Shown: positions 1 to 12,769 of the stretch, one piece after another
Position numbering within the stretch: the stretch's first letter is position 1
How the letters are laid out: every line of letters begins with the position of its first letter
Assembly: GCA_043228905.1 (NCBI GenBank)
Contig: JBHGNT010000016.1
Span: 4,030,001 to 4,094,000, forward strand
Source of the DNA: Azolla caroliniana
Taxonomy: Eukaryota > Plantae > Polypodiophyta
Length of the DNA stretch: 64,000 nt
Direction: 5' to 3'
Notes under the pieces: model-generated
Told to the model about the DNA's origin: nothing
Databases searched by the model: none
The model's input: the letters and a program-made list of their open reading frames with translations, nothing else
Made by a program: the position numbers and the translations under genes

Positions 1-319
1 AACCCAAAACACGTACTCCATAACTAAACAAACCCTTGCCAAATCAATTGACATGTTCACCTTCTAATTAAGAGAGGGGCACGAATCCGGAATAAAGAGA
101 TGGGATTACCCAGATTTTAACCAACAACGCAGTTTAGTTCCCCACAACATCATTAAGAGCCCAAACTTGTTTTATGGTTGTATTATTTCTAATATATGTA
201 CACTCCTTGGACACATTTCCTTTTGAAGCAAATTTGGAGCCAAACCAGAATTACAAAAGAACATTGTCCCTGTTTGGAGACCATCATTCAGAAAGCAATG
301 GTGTACATGGCAGGAAGGC

Positions 320-321
<2 letters not shown>

Positions 322-372
<51 letters not shown>
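322..372. repeat. (GA)n microsatellite in the P450 3' UTR region
   Basis: Pure GA run just past the P450 stop codon. Confidence 0.95.
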
Positions 373-375
<3 letters not shown>

Positions 376-384
376 TAGGGCTCG

Positions 385-1772
385 TTAAGGGGTAGGGTTA
401 AGGTGGCTGAACGTAAGTTGTAATCCAAATTGTGGCTGCAATGTGACCACGAGAGATGGGGCGTGCCGGTACGATGGCGACACATGGAAGCTAAAGCTCC
501 TTAGAATGGTGGCCATCACCGTCTTCGCCTCCAACATTGCGAAGCCCTGGCCGATACATACCCTGGGGCCGGTGGAGAAAGGGAGGAATGCCCCGGCCAC
601 CCGGCATGCCTTCGCGACCCCTCCCTCGAACCGATCCGGCCGGAACTCGTCCGCGTCCGGTCCCCAGTACTCGGCCTCGTGATGCCACATGAGCACCGGC
701 AAGAATAGATTTGTCCCCGCTGGTATCACCACATCCCCCATCCCATCATCACCTCCTAGCCTCATCTCATTCTCCGCCGTCCGCAACATCAGTATGATTG
801 GCGGGTACAGCCTCAACGTCTCGTTTAGCACCATAGTCAACTACCATTTTTACACACAATATTGGTTAACTATATATAGCTCAATTAGGTCATGAAAATT
901 ACCCAAATACCACATAAACCATTAAAGTAAAAGCCCTTCTTTATATGTCAGAATTCTATAATATTTAACACACTTACAATCTTCATTTGGTTCACAGCCT
1001 CGATCGTTGGCACAATGTCCCCACTTCTGCCGCATAACGCGACTACCTCGTCCCGAGCTCGATCTTGCCATTCCGTATGTGTCCCGAGCAGAAGACATGC
1101 CCATGTGAGCAGGGTGGATGTCGTCTCGTGGCCAGCGAAGAAGAAAGTCTTGCATTCTCCAATGATTTCAGGGATACCCATTCTGGATAGGTTCTTCTGG
1201 TTGCTCTTCATCTCCCCTTGGTTAGATGCCATCATGAGCCCAAGTAAGTCGGTGCCATATGAATCAGCTCCATGGCCCATCTTGGCTGCCGACCGTAAGC
1301 GGTCTTCAATGAGCTTCCTGAGGGTTCGGTTAATGTTGCGATTCAGCTTCCAACGAGCACGGTTGAATGCATTCGGAATAAATCTGCATCCATTTTTTGT
1401 ATGCATGCATTTAGACAAATCAAGCAAGATGTTAGAAAAAACAAAAAAACATGAAATGGAGAGGCATATGTTGATCTTTAAATTCCAAAAGAACAACATA
1501 TAGGTATGTAACATTCTACCTCATCCCTGGGATGTAGACAGTGGTAAATGTTTTGTTCATCATGACTTGTTGTTGGCGTTGCATTTCGAAGACCTGCTTG
1601 CCCTCCAGATAGCTGCTCCCGAAAGCCGTGCGAGCTATGATGTCCGCAGTTAGGTTTTGGAACTCAGTGTGGACATCTATATCATGGCCTTGGGCTATCT
1701 GCTCCTTCCATTGCTCCATCATTGTGGTTGTACATGATGCAATTGTTGGTATCATGACCTAGTGTCCAATAT

Positions 1773-1803
<31 letters not shown>

Positions 1804-2760
1804 ATGATCTTTGTTATCTTCCAAAATGCATTCAGAACTTGCATCTACCAAATGATAAGTCAATCAAATCCCACACAAGCCAGCTATAATCTATGATAAG
1901 TCAATCAAATCCAATCGAAGCCATCTATAATCTATCTTTATTACCGGTGTCCGAAGTAACAACGAATAATCCCTTTCCGTTTCCACATTCACATGCTATC
2001 TTACTACATTATGGATGCACAAGAAGAAGAAGAAGAAGAATGGAGGGGCGGGCGAACCTTGAGCTTCTCCTGGAAGAAAGCCGGGTTCAAGATGCGGCGA
2101 TGCTGAGCCCATTTCTCGCCCTCCAGTCCTACCAATCCATCTCCAATCAAATCTTTCGCGTCCGGCCTTCCGATAGGCTTTGGGTAGTGCCCGAATTTCG
2201 TGGAGAGAACTTCCTTGGCTTGGTGTGGGTGGCTGAGGACGAAGCGAGATTTAGATCCAATCCAATATACAAATTGCTTCCCTGAACAATTAGCATACAA
2301 TGTAATGCTTATCACAATAATAAGAAAAACTTATATGTAGAAACAGGGAAAAAAAGCAAAAATTCTTAATCCTGTGAAAAGAGAGATTAGATGATAAGAC
2401 ATGAAGGGGCGGCTTAAGCAAATCTGTCATTGATGTTATACCATATCTGCTTTGCCAGGCTTGAAGGTGAGGCATGAGTCTGGGTGAGATGTTGTGGGTG
2501 ATCTCTGGCATGTGAAATTTGCAGGCATCGGCCGCCATCTCGCGAATCTGGAGGAGGTTTCCAAAGAAGAAATGTGCCGGGAGGCAGGGTATACCTTGGG
2601 ATTCAAATGCCCGCCGTAAGTGATGTGGCCTCCACCATATCCACTCGAATGCTCTGCAGATTCCATAGAAGAGCAGAGGGGCCAGCAGAAGCAGCATGGA
2701 AAGCAAGACATCTTTGGACCATGGGAATGATGGGATTGGGGATGGAAGAAGAAGCTCCAT
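385..2760 (-). CDS. Cytochrome P450, CYP72 clan (CYP72/709/734/749-like); exons 2760-2442, 2281-2058, 1758-1520, 1383-978, 840-385
   Basis: GT-AG introns join in frame. N-terminal TM helix, I-helix AGHETT, ExxR (ETLR), PDRF and heme motif FSTGPRVCIG are present. Five-exon layout is typical of the CYP72 clan. Confidence 0.93.
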
Positions 2761-3280
2761 GATTAATGCCTTAAGATATGTTCCGTGGTACTAAACACAC
2801 AAGATTTTCAGGGGGATTGGATGGGATGGGAACCGCTCCCATCTAATCTAATCTTCTGTAAGCCTTCCATTGCATTACCCTTCTCATGTCTAGCTCTGTT
2901 CTTTTGTCTGTTGACAATCTTCTTCTTTTTATTTGCTAAGGTTAAAAAAGTAATAATAAAGAAATTGGGGTTGTGTCCGTGTGACATGATAATAGATATT
3001 GTTGTTTATGAGTTTTACTTACCTTTCTTCAGATCCTTATTTATTGTTGTGAAATAGTGTCTTTTTTCTTTTTCTTTTCCCTTTCCTTTCTATTTCTACA
3101 TTCTTAGAATTGTTGTCGTGAAAGATCCACGTCCCTAGTCCTTGTTATGATCTGAAACATGTGTCGACATTACGTGCTTGCGTTAGTTCCAATCATTCGG
3201 TTTTCATGTCAAGTACCCGGGCTATTCTTTAATCTCCTTGAAATGCCTTTGGTCCACCCTCAACCCGTTCTAGCGAGAAT

Positions 3281-3768
3281 TTCTAGTATTTTGGGCGTTG
3301 ACAAAGCATGCTTACGAGGAGATAGCATGCAAATTCCAAGGGGCATTCAAAGAAAAGGAAAAAAGAACGTCTTTTTTCATTTAATGGCACCTTTGATCTG
3401 TCTTTTTCTCCTGTCTCTTGCTAATCCTTACAACACACATGTGAAGCCTTTTGTCTCACTTTGTTTTGTGAGGAAATTAGTAGTGTACCACGTAACGAAG
3501 CATGCTTACGAGGAGATAGCATACTTTGTTTTGTTTTGTCACTTTGTTTTGTTTTTTCTAGTATTTTGGGCGTTGACAAAGCATGCTTACGAGGAGATAA
3601 CATGCAAATTCCAAGGGGCATTCAAAGAAAAGGAAAAAAGAACGTCTTTTTTCATTTAATGGCACCTTTGATCCGTCTTTTTCTCCTGTCTCTTGCTAAT
3701 CCTTACAACACGCATGTGAAGCCTTTTGTCTCACTTTGTTTTGCGAGGAAATTAGTATTGTACCACGT
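3281..3768. repeat. Tandem duplication, ~275-bp period, upstream of the P450
   Basis: ttctagtattttgggcgttgacaaagcatgc...taccacgtaa occurs at 3281 and ~3556. Confidence 0.85.
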
Positions 3769-4108
3769 AATGACCAAGATGAAAGACGACTATGGGAATT
3801 ACATAAGTCAATCTTCGGTTATGCTTGAGTAGCTGGACTTTGCGCTTTGCAAGCGGGATGCCATCTTCAACAAAGCTCCTCCATGTCTATATTTGAATGC
3901 AGAAAAAGGCTAATAACTTGGAAAGATCTTCTTCAATATCCTCTGGGACAAACGATTCACCAGTGTATAATAAATATGTGGTGCTATTGTTAATGCACTG
4001 CCATGCATAATTCTGAATTGGAGGTAAGGAAATGGAATCTATATTGAGCATCCATAGTTTGACAACACACTAAGCAATTGGAGATAAAGTGTATCAAGAA
4101 GAATCAAT

Positions 4109-4816
4109 TGGAGATGTGGGGTATCATCGGTCCCCATACCTCGAACATGCTAAATGAGCGCTCTACCATTTAAACCACATCCCCTTTGGGAAAGCAAGGG
4201 GAAGTGGTTTCTTGTGCTCCGTTCTTTCACTCCCATTTCATGATGGCAACTTCAATCCATAATTGGGCTTTCACTCCTATTTCATGATGGCAACTTCAAT
4301 CCACAATTGGGCCTTCACTCCTATTTCATGAGGACAACTTCAATCCATAGTTCAACAACATGCTAAGAGATTGGACATGCATACTATCAAGACTCTTGTA
4401 CAATTGGAGATGCAAGGTATCGATCCTTGTACCTCTCGCATGCTAAGCAAGCGCTCTACCATTTGAGCCACATCCCTTTAAGAATTAAGGGTCATCATAG
4501 GACATCAAGACAATTATTTTTTCATGAAACCTATGTGATTTCATCTAAATTTTGGTTCCTTGTGATCATGCATTGTGTGTGCTCTACCATTTGACCTATA
4601 CACCCCCTTTGACAATGGAGAGGGTCATAGAGGATAAGGAGAATTGTTTTGTCGTGACACCTATGTAACTTCAACTAATAATGGTTTCTTGTGCTCCAAC
4701 AATTTCTTATTTATTGATGATGACTTCAGTCCATAGTTTGGCATACTATAAGAGATGCGGGGTATTCATGCATGTGCCTCTCGCATGCTAAGTGAGTGCT
4801 CTGCCATTTGAGCTAC
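4109..4816 (-). pseudogene. Oldest degenerate tRNA-Ala copies (4109-4184, 4405-4477, fragment ~4577-4607, 4751-4816)
   Basis: Recognisable tRNA-Ala body with indels and many substitutions; spacers short and diverged. Confidence 0.8.
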
Positions 4817-4973
4817 TTAAACCTTGAGAATGAAATAATCGTAGAGAAACATACTTTATATTGTCATGGTACCCATACTTCAACTAAATAGTGGTTCGTT
4901 GTGCTTCAATGATTTTAAGGACTCCCTATTGACCGATTGATTGCAATGTATAACACTTGAGCCATGTCTCTTC

Positions 4974-5497
4974 TATTGGGAAACATGTCCCCCGGATGGG
5001 AAGAGAAGAACCGTGTTGGTGAGTATCTCGGCCGAGGCCGAAACTGAAACCGAAATCGTTTCGGAAGACTATAATTGTAATAGTAAAAAATGCCTCCTGG
5101 CGGCTATACTTGTAAATAACCAGAAAGTTGCTTTGATTTATAAGCAACTAGGGCAAACCTTATAGCGAGAGTTAGTGATCATTATTGAAAAGTTAAAACG
5201 AGGTAGTTGCCTCTGTAATCGTGAGTGAGAGAGTGAGAGTGCAACTTTGTGGCCGTCTATCAGACGAAGGAGAAATCAAGGTCGGTGCCTCTGAGTTTCG
5301 TATTTGTACTTCCTCCTGACTTTAGTGATCTGTTTTCTCGGGGTTTGTGGACCCCCGTAGTTTTTCCCATTTCGGGTTTTCCACGCAAAATATCGGTGTC
5401 TCTACGTCTTCACAAATTTTCTTGTCTATGTACTAGTTATTGACTTCTTCACATGAATACGAACGTGAAACCAGTTGTGCCCGGTTGATTCCTAACA
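4974..5497 (+). mobile_element. Solo LTR of a Copia element
   Basis: Ends TATTGGG...CCTAACA (TG..CA decayed); contains GGGTTTTCCACG, shared with the Copia LTR at 28309; near-TSD TCTTC/TTTTC. Confidence 0.75.
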
Positions 5498-5777
5498 TTT
5501 TCTTGGTTTCTGGCTTACTCTTTAATCTTGTGCTCCGATGATTTCAAGGACTCCTTGTTGACCTATTGGTTGGCTTACTCTTTAATCTTGTGCTCCGATG
5601 ATTTCAAGGACTCCTTGTTGACCTATTGGTTGGACTTCTTTCCACTTGAATCATGTCTTCATCACAATCCTACTTCTAGGTTTCTGGCTTACACTTTAAT
5701 TTTGTTGGGTAAACACTCTTCTATTTAAAACGGATGACTTTAATCCATCAAGATGAAGGGTATCAAGATAAACCAAT

Positions 5778-5850
5778 TGGAGATGCAGGGTATCGATCCC
5801 CATACCTCTCGCATGCTAAGCAAGCGCTCTACCATTTGAGCTACATCCCC
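5778..5850 (-). tRNA. tRNA-Ala(AGC), near-intact
   Basis: 73-nt cloverleaf with G3:U70; substitutions give only G-U wobbles. Confidence 0.75.
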
Positions 5851-6297
5851 TTTGACAATGTCAAAATCATACAAATAATTATTTCTTGGTGACACCTATG
5901 TGACTACTAAATAGTGGTTCCTCGTGCACCAATGAATTGAAGGACTCCACATTGTCTTATTGGTTGCAATGCCTTCTACTCGAATGAAGGATTCATAACA
6001 ATCCTACTTCTATGTTTATGGCGTACTCTTTAATCTAGTTTCACATGCATTTCTTGTTTTTAATGATGATGACTTTTATCCTTGATAGTTCGACGACATG
6101 CTAAAAGATTGTGCTCTAATGATTTCAAGGACTCCTTTTGACTTATTGGTTGGAATGCCTTCCACTTGAGCCATGTCTTCATAACAATCTCACTTCTAGG
6201 TTTCTGGCTTACTCTTTAATTTTGTCCTGTAAGCACTCTTCTATTTAAAAAGGATGACTTTAATCCATAAAGATGAAGGGTATCAAGATAAACCAAT

Positions 6298-6370
6298 TGG
6301 AGGTGCAAGGTATCGATCCCCGAAACTCTCGCATGCTAAGCGAGTACTCTACCATTTGAGCTACATCCCC
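6298..6370 (-). pseudogene. tRNA-Ala(AGC), diverged copy
   Basis: 73-nt copy with several stem and variable-loop changes. Confidence 0.7.
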
Positions 6371-6827
6371 TTTGACAATGTCAAAATGATACAAATAATT
6401 ATTTTTTGATGAAACCTATATGACTTTAGTTACTAAATAGTGGTTCCTCGTGCACCAATTAATTCAAGGACTCCACATTGTCCTATTGGTTGCAATGCCT
6501 TCTACTTGAATCAAGGATTCATAACAATCCTACTTCTATGTTTATGGCGTACTCTCTAAGCTAGTTTCACATGCATTTCTTGTTTTTAATGATGATGACT
6601 TTTATCCTTGATAGTTTGACGACATGCTAAAAGATTGTACTCCGATGATTTCAAGGATTCCTTGTTGACCTATTGCTTGGAATGCCTTCCACTTGAGTCA
6701 TGTGTTCATCACAATCCTATTTCTAGGTTTCTGACTCTTTAATTTTGTCCCCTAAGCACTCTCCTATTTAAACATGATGACTTTAATCCATAAAGTCAAA
6801 AGAAGAAGGGTAACAAAATAAACCAAC

Positions 6828-6900
6828 TGGAGATGCGGGGTACCGATCCCTATACATCTCGCAAGCTAAGCGAGGGCTCTACCATTTGAGGTACATCCTC
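6828..6900 (-). pseudogene. tRNA-Ala(AGC), diverged copy
   Basis: 73-nt copy with T-loop, D-stem and acceptor changes. Confidence 0.7.
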
Positions 6901-6957
6901 TTTGACACTATTAAATAGATATAAGTTATTATTTTTTTATGAAACCTATGTGACTAA

Positions 6958-7236
6958 GTTAGAGCCGTAGCTATGAGTGCTACAGATGGTTGAAGGAGAG
7001 GTATGAGTGTTGTTGATACAAGAGCCCCTCTTAGCCTTCCTGTTGGTTAAATTACCCTTGGCCGAATTTTCAATGTCCTTGGCGAACCCGTGGACAATAT
7101 GGATCCTGTGGAAAGTAGTATAAAATTTCTGCTTCACAGGTGCGCTCCAGCTTTTACCCAATTGGATACCAAATTATCTATCTTTGAGACAGGAATTAAG
7201 ATATTAGATCTTTTGGCTCCGTATCACTGAGGCGGA
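6958..7236 (+). pseudogene. atpB: Plastid atpB fragment (NUPT)
   Basis: Translates [45 protein letters not shown]...[33 protein letters not shown], matching chloroplast ATP synthase beta; three stops. Confidence 0.92.
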
Positions 7237-7249
7237 AAAAAAAAAAAAA

Positions 7250-7725
7250 CTTGTTTTCGCTAGATTTATGATGAAGATAATGCATTCATTGGTACATTCG
7301 AGGATGACGAGGACGCATCTTCATTGTATATTAGTTATAGTAGTAATTCTCCGTAAAGAAGTGATCATGAATGTATTTTTGACTATTAAGTATAACTACC
7401 TTCCGCTTGTAACAAATTGAGTAATATAAAAGCATGTGTTTGAAATCTTTTGATTCCTATGAATATCGTTTCTTATAATAAAACATTGATTGTAAAGTTT
7501 GTGATATAAATTAAACCCTAAACTTTTTGAAATTCCTCTTTATTTATTTATTTTAAAATCACGAAAATGGTGGATTTTCAACCTTTTTCATAGTATATTT
7601 GAGAATGTATGATACTGGTATCAATGTGTTTTGTAATATCACTGAAAAAGTACTAAAATCAAACGGAATAATCCTTATCCTTCCATTTATGCGCGATCCT
7701 TCCACTTGTGAACATGAACGTGTTT
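7250..7725 (-). mobile_element. Terminal fragment of the TIR element family seen at 34771-36497
   Basis: Reverse complement of 7670-7725 matches 34771-34825; similarity continues to ~35260. Confidence 0.7.
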
Positions 7726-8938
7726 AGACTATTACAAAGGTTGTTTCATTCCAAATAGTCATGATTCGTGTAGATAGAAATATACTCGAGATTGAGATTC
7801 TTCCTAGGTGTATGACTCAGTCAGCCCCACCAAAGCCGAGCCTTGTAAATCCTCTAAAAAAAAGGATAATTTTTTTGTTTCTATTTGGTAATTCCCCAAA
7901 TTAATTGAAACTTATTCGAATATATGTATATATATATACATTTTTTTCTACATTTCTCTAACTAATCTCTTGTGTATATTAGTGTTCCTTACCATCTACT
8001 TTCGATCTTGAGCGGTCCCTCTAAGAGCTTATATTACGTAACAAACGAGAACACTTCTGGAACAAATGATTAGTCTATCCCTATAACTAATTATAAGAAT
8101 TATTGGATTTTCTGGTAGAGATAACCTGATTCGGGCCTGGCAAAATTGGTTAATGGGGTTCAACACCCAAGGTTGTAGTAGTTGTACTAGTCCCCCCAAT
8201 ACCCAAGATAATATGATTTCCATACCTTCCATAATGAAAAAAAAATTGATTCAGGCAAAAACACATGTTTACCCCATATGATCAGTATTCATGCAAACTA
8301 CTTCGCCCTCCCTTCTAAGTAATGCTATTCCAATCAATTGATCTAAAAGATCTCGATTGTGCTCCATGTATCTAGTTCTTTACGAACAATATTGGTGAAT
8401 CAATCTCAGAGATGTACAAATTCCAAGGTACGCTAGCAATATTGTTTATTCCCTTGTTTCTTGAAAGATAAACTAAATAGTGCTTCCTAATGCAACAATG
8501 AATTCAAGGACTCCACATTGTCCTATTGGTTGCAATGCCTTCTACTCGAATCAAGGATTTCTCATGTACCAATGAATTCACGGACTCCACATTGTCCTAT
8601 TGGTTGCAATGCCTTCTACTCGAATGAAGGATTCATAACAATCCTACTTCTATGTTTATGGCGTACTCTTTAATCTAGTTTCACATGCATTTCTTGTTTT
8701 TAATGATGATGACTTTTATCCTTGATAGTTTGACGACACACGAAAACATTGTGTTACGATGATTTCAAGGACTCCTTGTTGACCTATTGGTTGGAATGCT
8801 TTCCACTTGAGTCATGTCTTCATAAAAATCCTTATTCTAGGTTTTTGGCTTACTTTGAAATTTTGTCCCCTAAACACTTTCCTATTTAAAAATCATGAAT
8901 TTAGTCCATAAAGATGAAGGGTATAAAGATAAACAAAT

Positions 8939-10914
8939 TGCAAATGCGGGGTATCGATCCCCATACCTATCGCATGCTAAGCGAGCGCTCTACCATTCGA
9001 GCAACATCCCCTTTCACAATGATAAAAATTTATTTATTTTTTGAAGAAACCTGTGTGACTTCAGTTACTAAATAGTGGTTCCTCGTGCACCAATGAATTC
9101 AAGGACTCCACATTGTCCTATTTGTTACAATGCCTTCTATTAGATTAAAGGTTTCATAACAATCCTACTTCTATGTTTATGGCATACTCTTTAATCAAGT
9201 TTCACATGCATTTCTTGTTTTTAATAACAATGAATTTTATCCTTGATAGTTTGACGACATGCTAAAACAATGTGTTTCAATGGTTTCAAGGACTCTTTGT
9301 TGACTTATTCGTTGGAATGCCTTCCACTTGAGTCATGTCTTCATAACAATCCTACTTCTACGTTTCTGGCTTACTCTGAAATTTTGTCCCCTAAGCGCTC
9401 TTCTATTTAAAAATAATGACTTTAATCCATAAAGATGAAAGGTATCAAGGTAAACCAATTGGAGATGCGGGGTATCGATCCCCACACCTCTCGCATGCTG
9501 AGCGAGAACTCTACCATTTGAGCTACATCCCCTTTAACAATTCAAAGGCATTGAATACAAATAGTTTTTTGTTGCAGAAACCCATATGACTCCAGATACT
9601 AAATAATGGTGCCTCGTGCATCAATAAATTCAAGGACTCCACATTGTCCTATTGGTTGCAACGCCTTTTACTCAAATCAAGGATTCATAACAATCCTACT
9701 TCTATGTTTATGGAGTACTCTTTAATCTAGTTTCACATGCATTTCTTGTTTTGAATGATGATGGCTTTTATCCTTGATAGTTTGACAACACGCTAAAAAT
9801 TTGTGTTCTGATGATTTCAAGGATTCCTTGTAGACCTATCGCTTGGACTGCCTTCCACTTGAGTCATGTGTTCATCACAATCCTATTTCTAGGTTTCTGT
9901 CCGACTCTTTAATTTTGTCCCCTAAGCACTTTCTTATTTAAAAATGTTGCTTTTAATCCATAGAGATGAAGTGTATCAAGAAAAATGAATTGGAAATGCA
10001 AAGTATCGATCCCCATACCTCTTGCAAGCTAAGCAAGGGCTCTACCATTTGAACTACACCCCCTTTGACAATGTTAAATAGATTGTCAAAACAACCCTAT
10101 GTGACTTCAATTACTAAATAGTGGCTTCCCGTGCAACAATGATTTCAAGGACTCCACATTGTTCTATTGATTGCAATGCCCTCTACTCGAATCAAAGATT
10201 CAAAACAATCCTACTTATATGTTTAAGGCGTACTCTTTAATCTAGTTTCACGGTTATTTCTGATTTTTAATGATGATGACTTTTATTTTTGATAGTTCGA
10301 TGTCATGGTAAAAGATTGTGCTCCGATAATTTCAAGGTCTCCTTGTTGACCTATTGCTTGGAATGCGTTCCATTTAAGTCATGTCTTCATCACAATCCTA
10401 TTTCTAGGTTTTTGACTTACGTTTAATTTTGTCCCCTAAGCTCTCTCCTATTAAAAAATCATGACTTTAATACATAAAGATGCAGTGTATCACGATAAAC
10501 CAATTAGAGATGCAAAGTATCGATCCCTGCACCTCTTGCATGCTAAGCGAATATTCTACCATTTAAGCTACATCCGCTCTAACAATGTTAAAAAGATACA
10601 AATAATTCGCTTCCGCACACGAATACGAACGTGAAACTGGTTGTGGCCAGTCGATTACAAACATTTTCTTGGTTTCTGGTTTACTCTTTAATCTTGTGGT
10701 CCGATGATTTCAAGAACTCCTTGTTGACCTATTGGTTGGAATGCTTTCCACTTGAGTCATGTCTTCATCACAATCCTACTTCTAGGATTCTGGCTTACTC
10801 TTTAATTTAGTCTAGTAAACACTCTTCTATTTAAAAAGGATGACTTTAATCCATGAAGTCAAGATGAAGGGTATCAAGATAAACCAATTGGAGATGCAAG
10901 GTATCAATCCCTGT
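8939..10914 (-). pseudogene. Diverged tRNA-Ala copies at 8939-9011, 9460-9532, 9991-10063, 10505-10577 and truncated 10889-10914
   Basis: Same tRNA body at 384-531 bp spacing, each with private substitutions. Confidence 0.8.
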
Positions 10915-11662
10915 TTGAATGGTGATGGCTTTTTTCTTCGATAGTTCCATGGCACCCTAAAAGATTGTGCTTCGATGTTTTCAAGGAGTCCTTGTTGACC
11001 TATTACTAGGAATGCCTTCCACTTGAGTCATGTGTTCATCACAATCCTACATTTAGGTTTCTCGCTTACTCTTTAATTTTGTCGGCTAAGCACTCTCCTA
11101 TTTAAAAATGATGGCTTAAATCCCTAAAGATGATGGGTATCAAAATAAATGAATTGGAGATGAGGGGTATCGATCCTCGTACCTCACGGATGCTAATCCA
11201 ATGTTTTACCATTTATGTTACATCCGCTTTGAGAGTGTTAAAAAGATACAAGTAATTGGTTTCTGCACTCGAATACGAACGTGAAACCGGTTGTGGCCGG
11301 TCGACTCCTAACATCTTCTTAGTTTCTGGCTTACTCTTTAATCTTGTTCTCTGATGATTTCAAGGACTCCTTGTTGGCCTATTGGTTGGAATGCTTTCCA
11401 CTTGAGTCATGTCTTTATCATAATCCTACATCTAGATTTCTTGCTTACTCTTTAATTTTGTCCTGTAAACACGATGATTTCAAGGACTCCTTGTTGGCCT
11501 ATTGGTTGGAATGCTTTCCACTTGAGTCATGTCTTTATCATAATCCTACATCTAGATTTCTGCCTTACTCTCTAATTTTGTCCTGTAAACACTGTTCTAT
11601 TTAAAAAGGATGACTTTAATCCCTAAAGTCAAGATGAAGGGTATCATCTAAGATAAACCAAT

Positions 11663-11735
11663 TGGAGATGCAAGGTATCGATCCCCGTACCTCTCGCATG
11701 CTAAGCGAGCGCTCTACCATTTGAGCTACATCCCC
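11663..11735 (-). tRNA. tRNA-Ala(AGC), A copy
   Basis: Full cloverleaf, A and B boxes, G3:U70, two G-U pairs in T stem; CAA and AT-rich box upstream. Confidence 0.88.
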
Positions 11736-12696
11736 TTTGAAAATGTCAAAATGATACAAATAATTATTTCCTGTGAAACCTATGTGACTTCAGTTACTAA
11801 ATAGTGGTTTCGTGTGCACCAATGAATTCTAGTACTCCACATTGTCCTCTTGGTTTCCATGCCTTGTACTGAAATGAAGGATTCATAATATTCCGACTTC
11901 TATGTTTATGGCGTAGTCTTTAATCTAGTTTCACATTCATTTCTTGTTTTGAATGGTGATGGCTTTTTTCTTCGATAGTTCCATGGCACCCTAAAAGATT
12001 GTGCTTCGATGTTTTCAAGGAGTCCTTGTTGACCTATTACTAGGAATGCCTTCCACTTGAGTCATGTGTTCATCACAATCCTACATTTAGGTTTCTCGCT
12101 TACTCTTTAATTTTGTCGGCTAAGCACTCTCCTATTTAAAAATGATGGCTTAAATCCCTAAAGATGATGGGTATCAAAATAAATGAATTGGAGATGAGGG
12201 GTATCGATCCTCGTACCTCACGGATGCTAATCCAATGTTTTACCATTTATGTTACATCCGCTTTGAGAGTGTTAAAAAGATACAAGTAATTGGTTTCTGC
12301 ACTCGAATACGAACGTGAAACCGGTTGTGGCCGGTCGACTCCTAACATCTTCTTAGTTTCTGGCTTACTCTTTAATCTTGTTCTCTGATGATTTCAAGGA
12401 CTCCTTGTTGGCCTATTGGTTGGAATGCTTTCCACTTGAGTCATGTCTTTATCATAATCCTACATCTAGATTTCTTGCTTACTCTTTAATTTTGTCCTGT
12501 AAACACGATGATTTCAAGGACTCCTTGTTGGCCTATTGGTTGGAATGCTTTCCACTTGAGTCATGTCTTTATCATAATCCTACATCTAGATTTCTGCCTT
12601 ACTCTCTAATTTTGTCTTGTAAACACTGTTCTATTTAAAAAGGATGACTTTAATCCCTAAAGTCAAGATGAAGGGTATCATCTAAGATAAACCAAT

Positions 12697-12769
12697 TGGA
12701 GATGCAAGGTATCGATCCCCGTACCTCTCGCATGCTAAGCGAGCGCTCTACCATTTGAGCTACATCCCC
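12697..12769 (-). tRNA. tRNA-Ala(AGC), A copy
   Basis: Identical to 11663-11735. Confidence 0.88.

Noticed and set aside
3159-3832. 166-aa and 123-aa ORFs upstream of the P450
   Set aside because: Arise from the 275-bp tandem duplication; no domain or splice evidence
8029-8232. 67-aa ORF in the filler DNA as an organellar gene
   Set aside because: No frame resembles a protein I can recognise; needs a database search
11603-11662. C/D snoRNA in the tRNA trailer
   Set aside because: No RUGAUGA box C or CUGA box D on the transcribed strand
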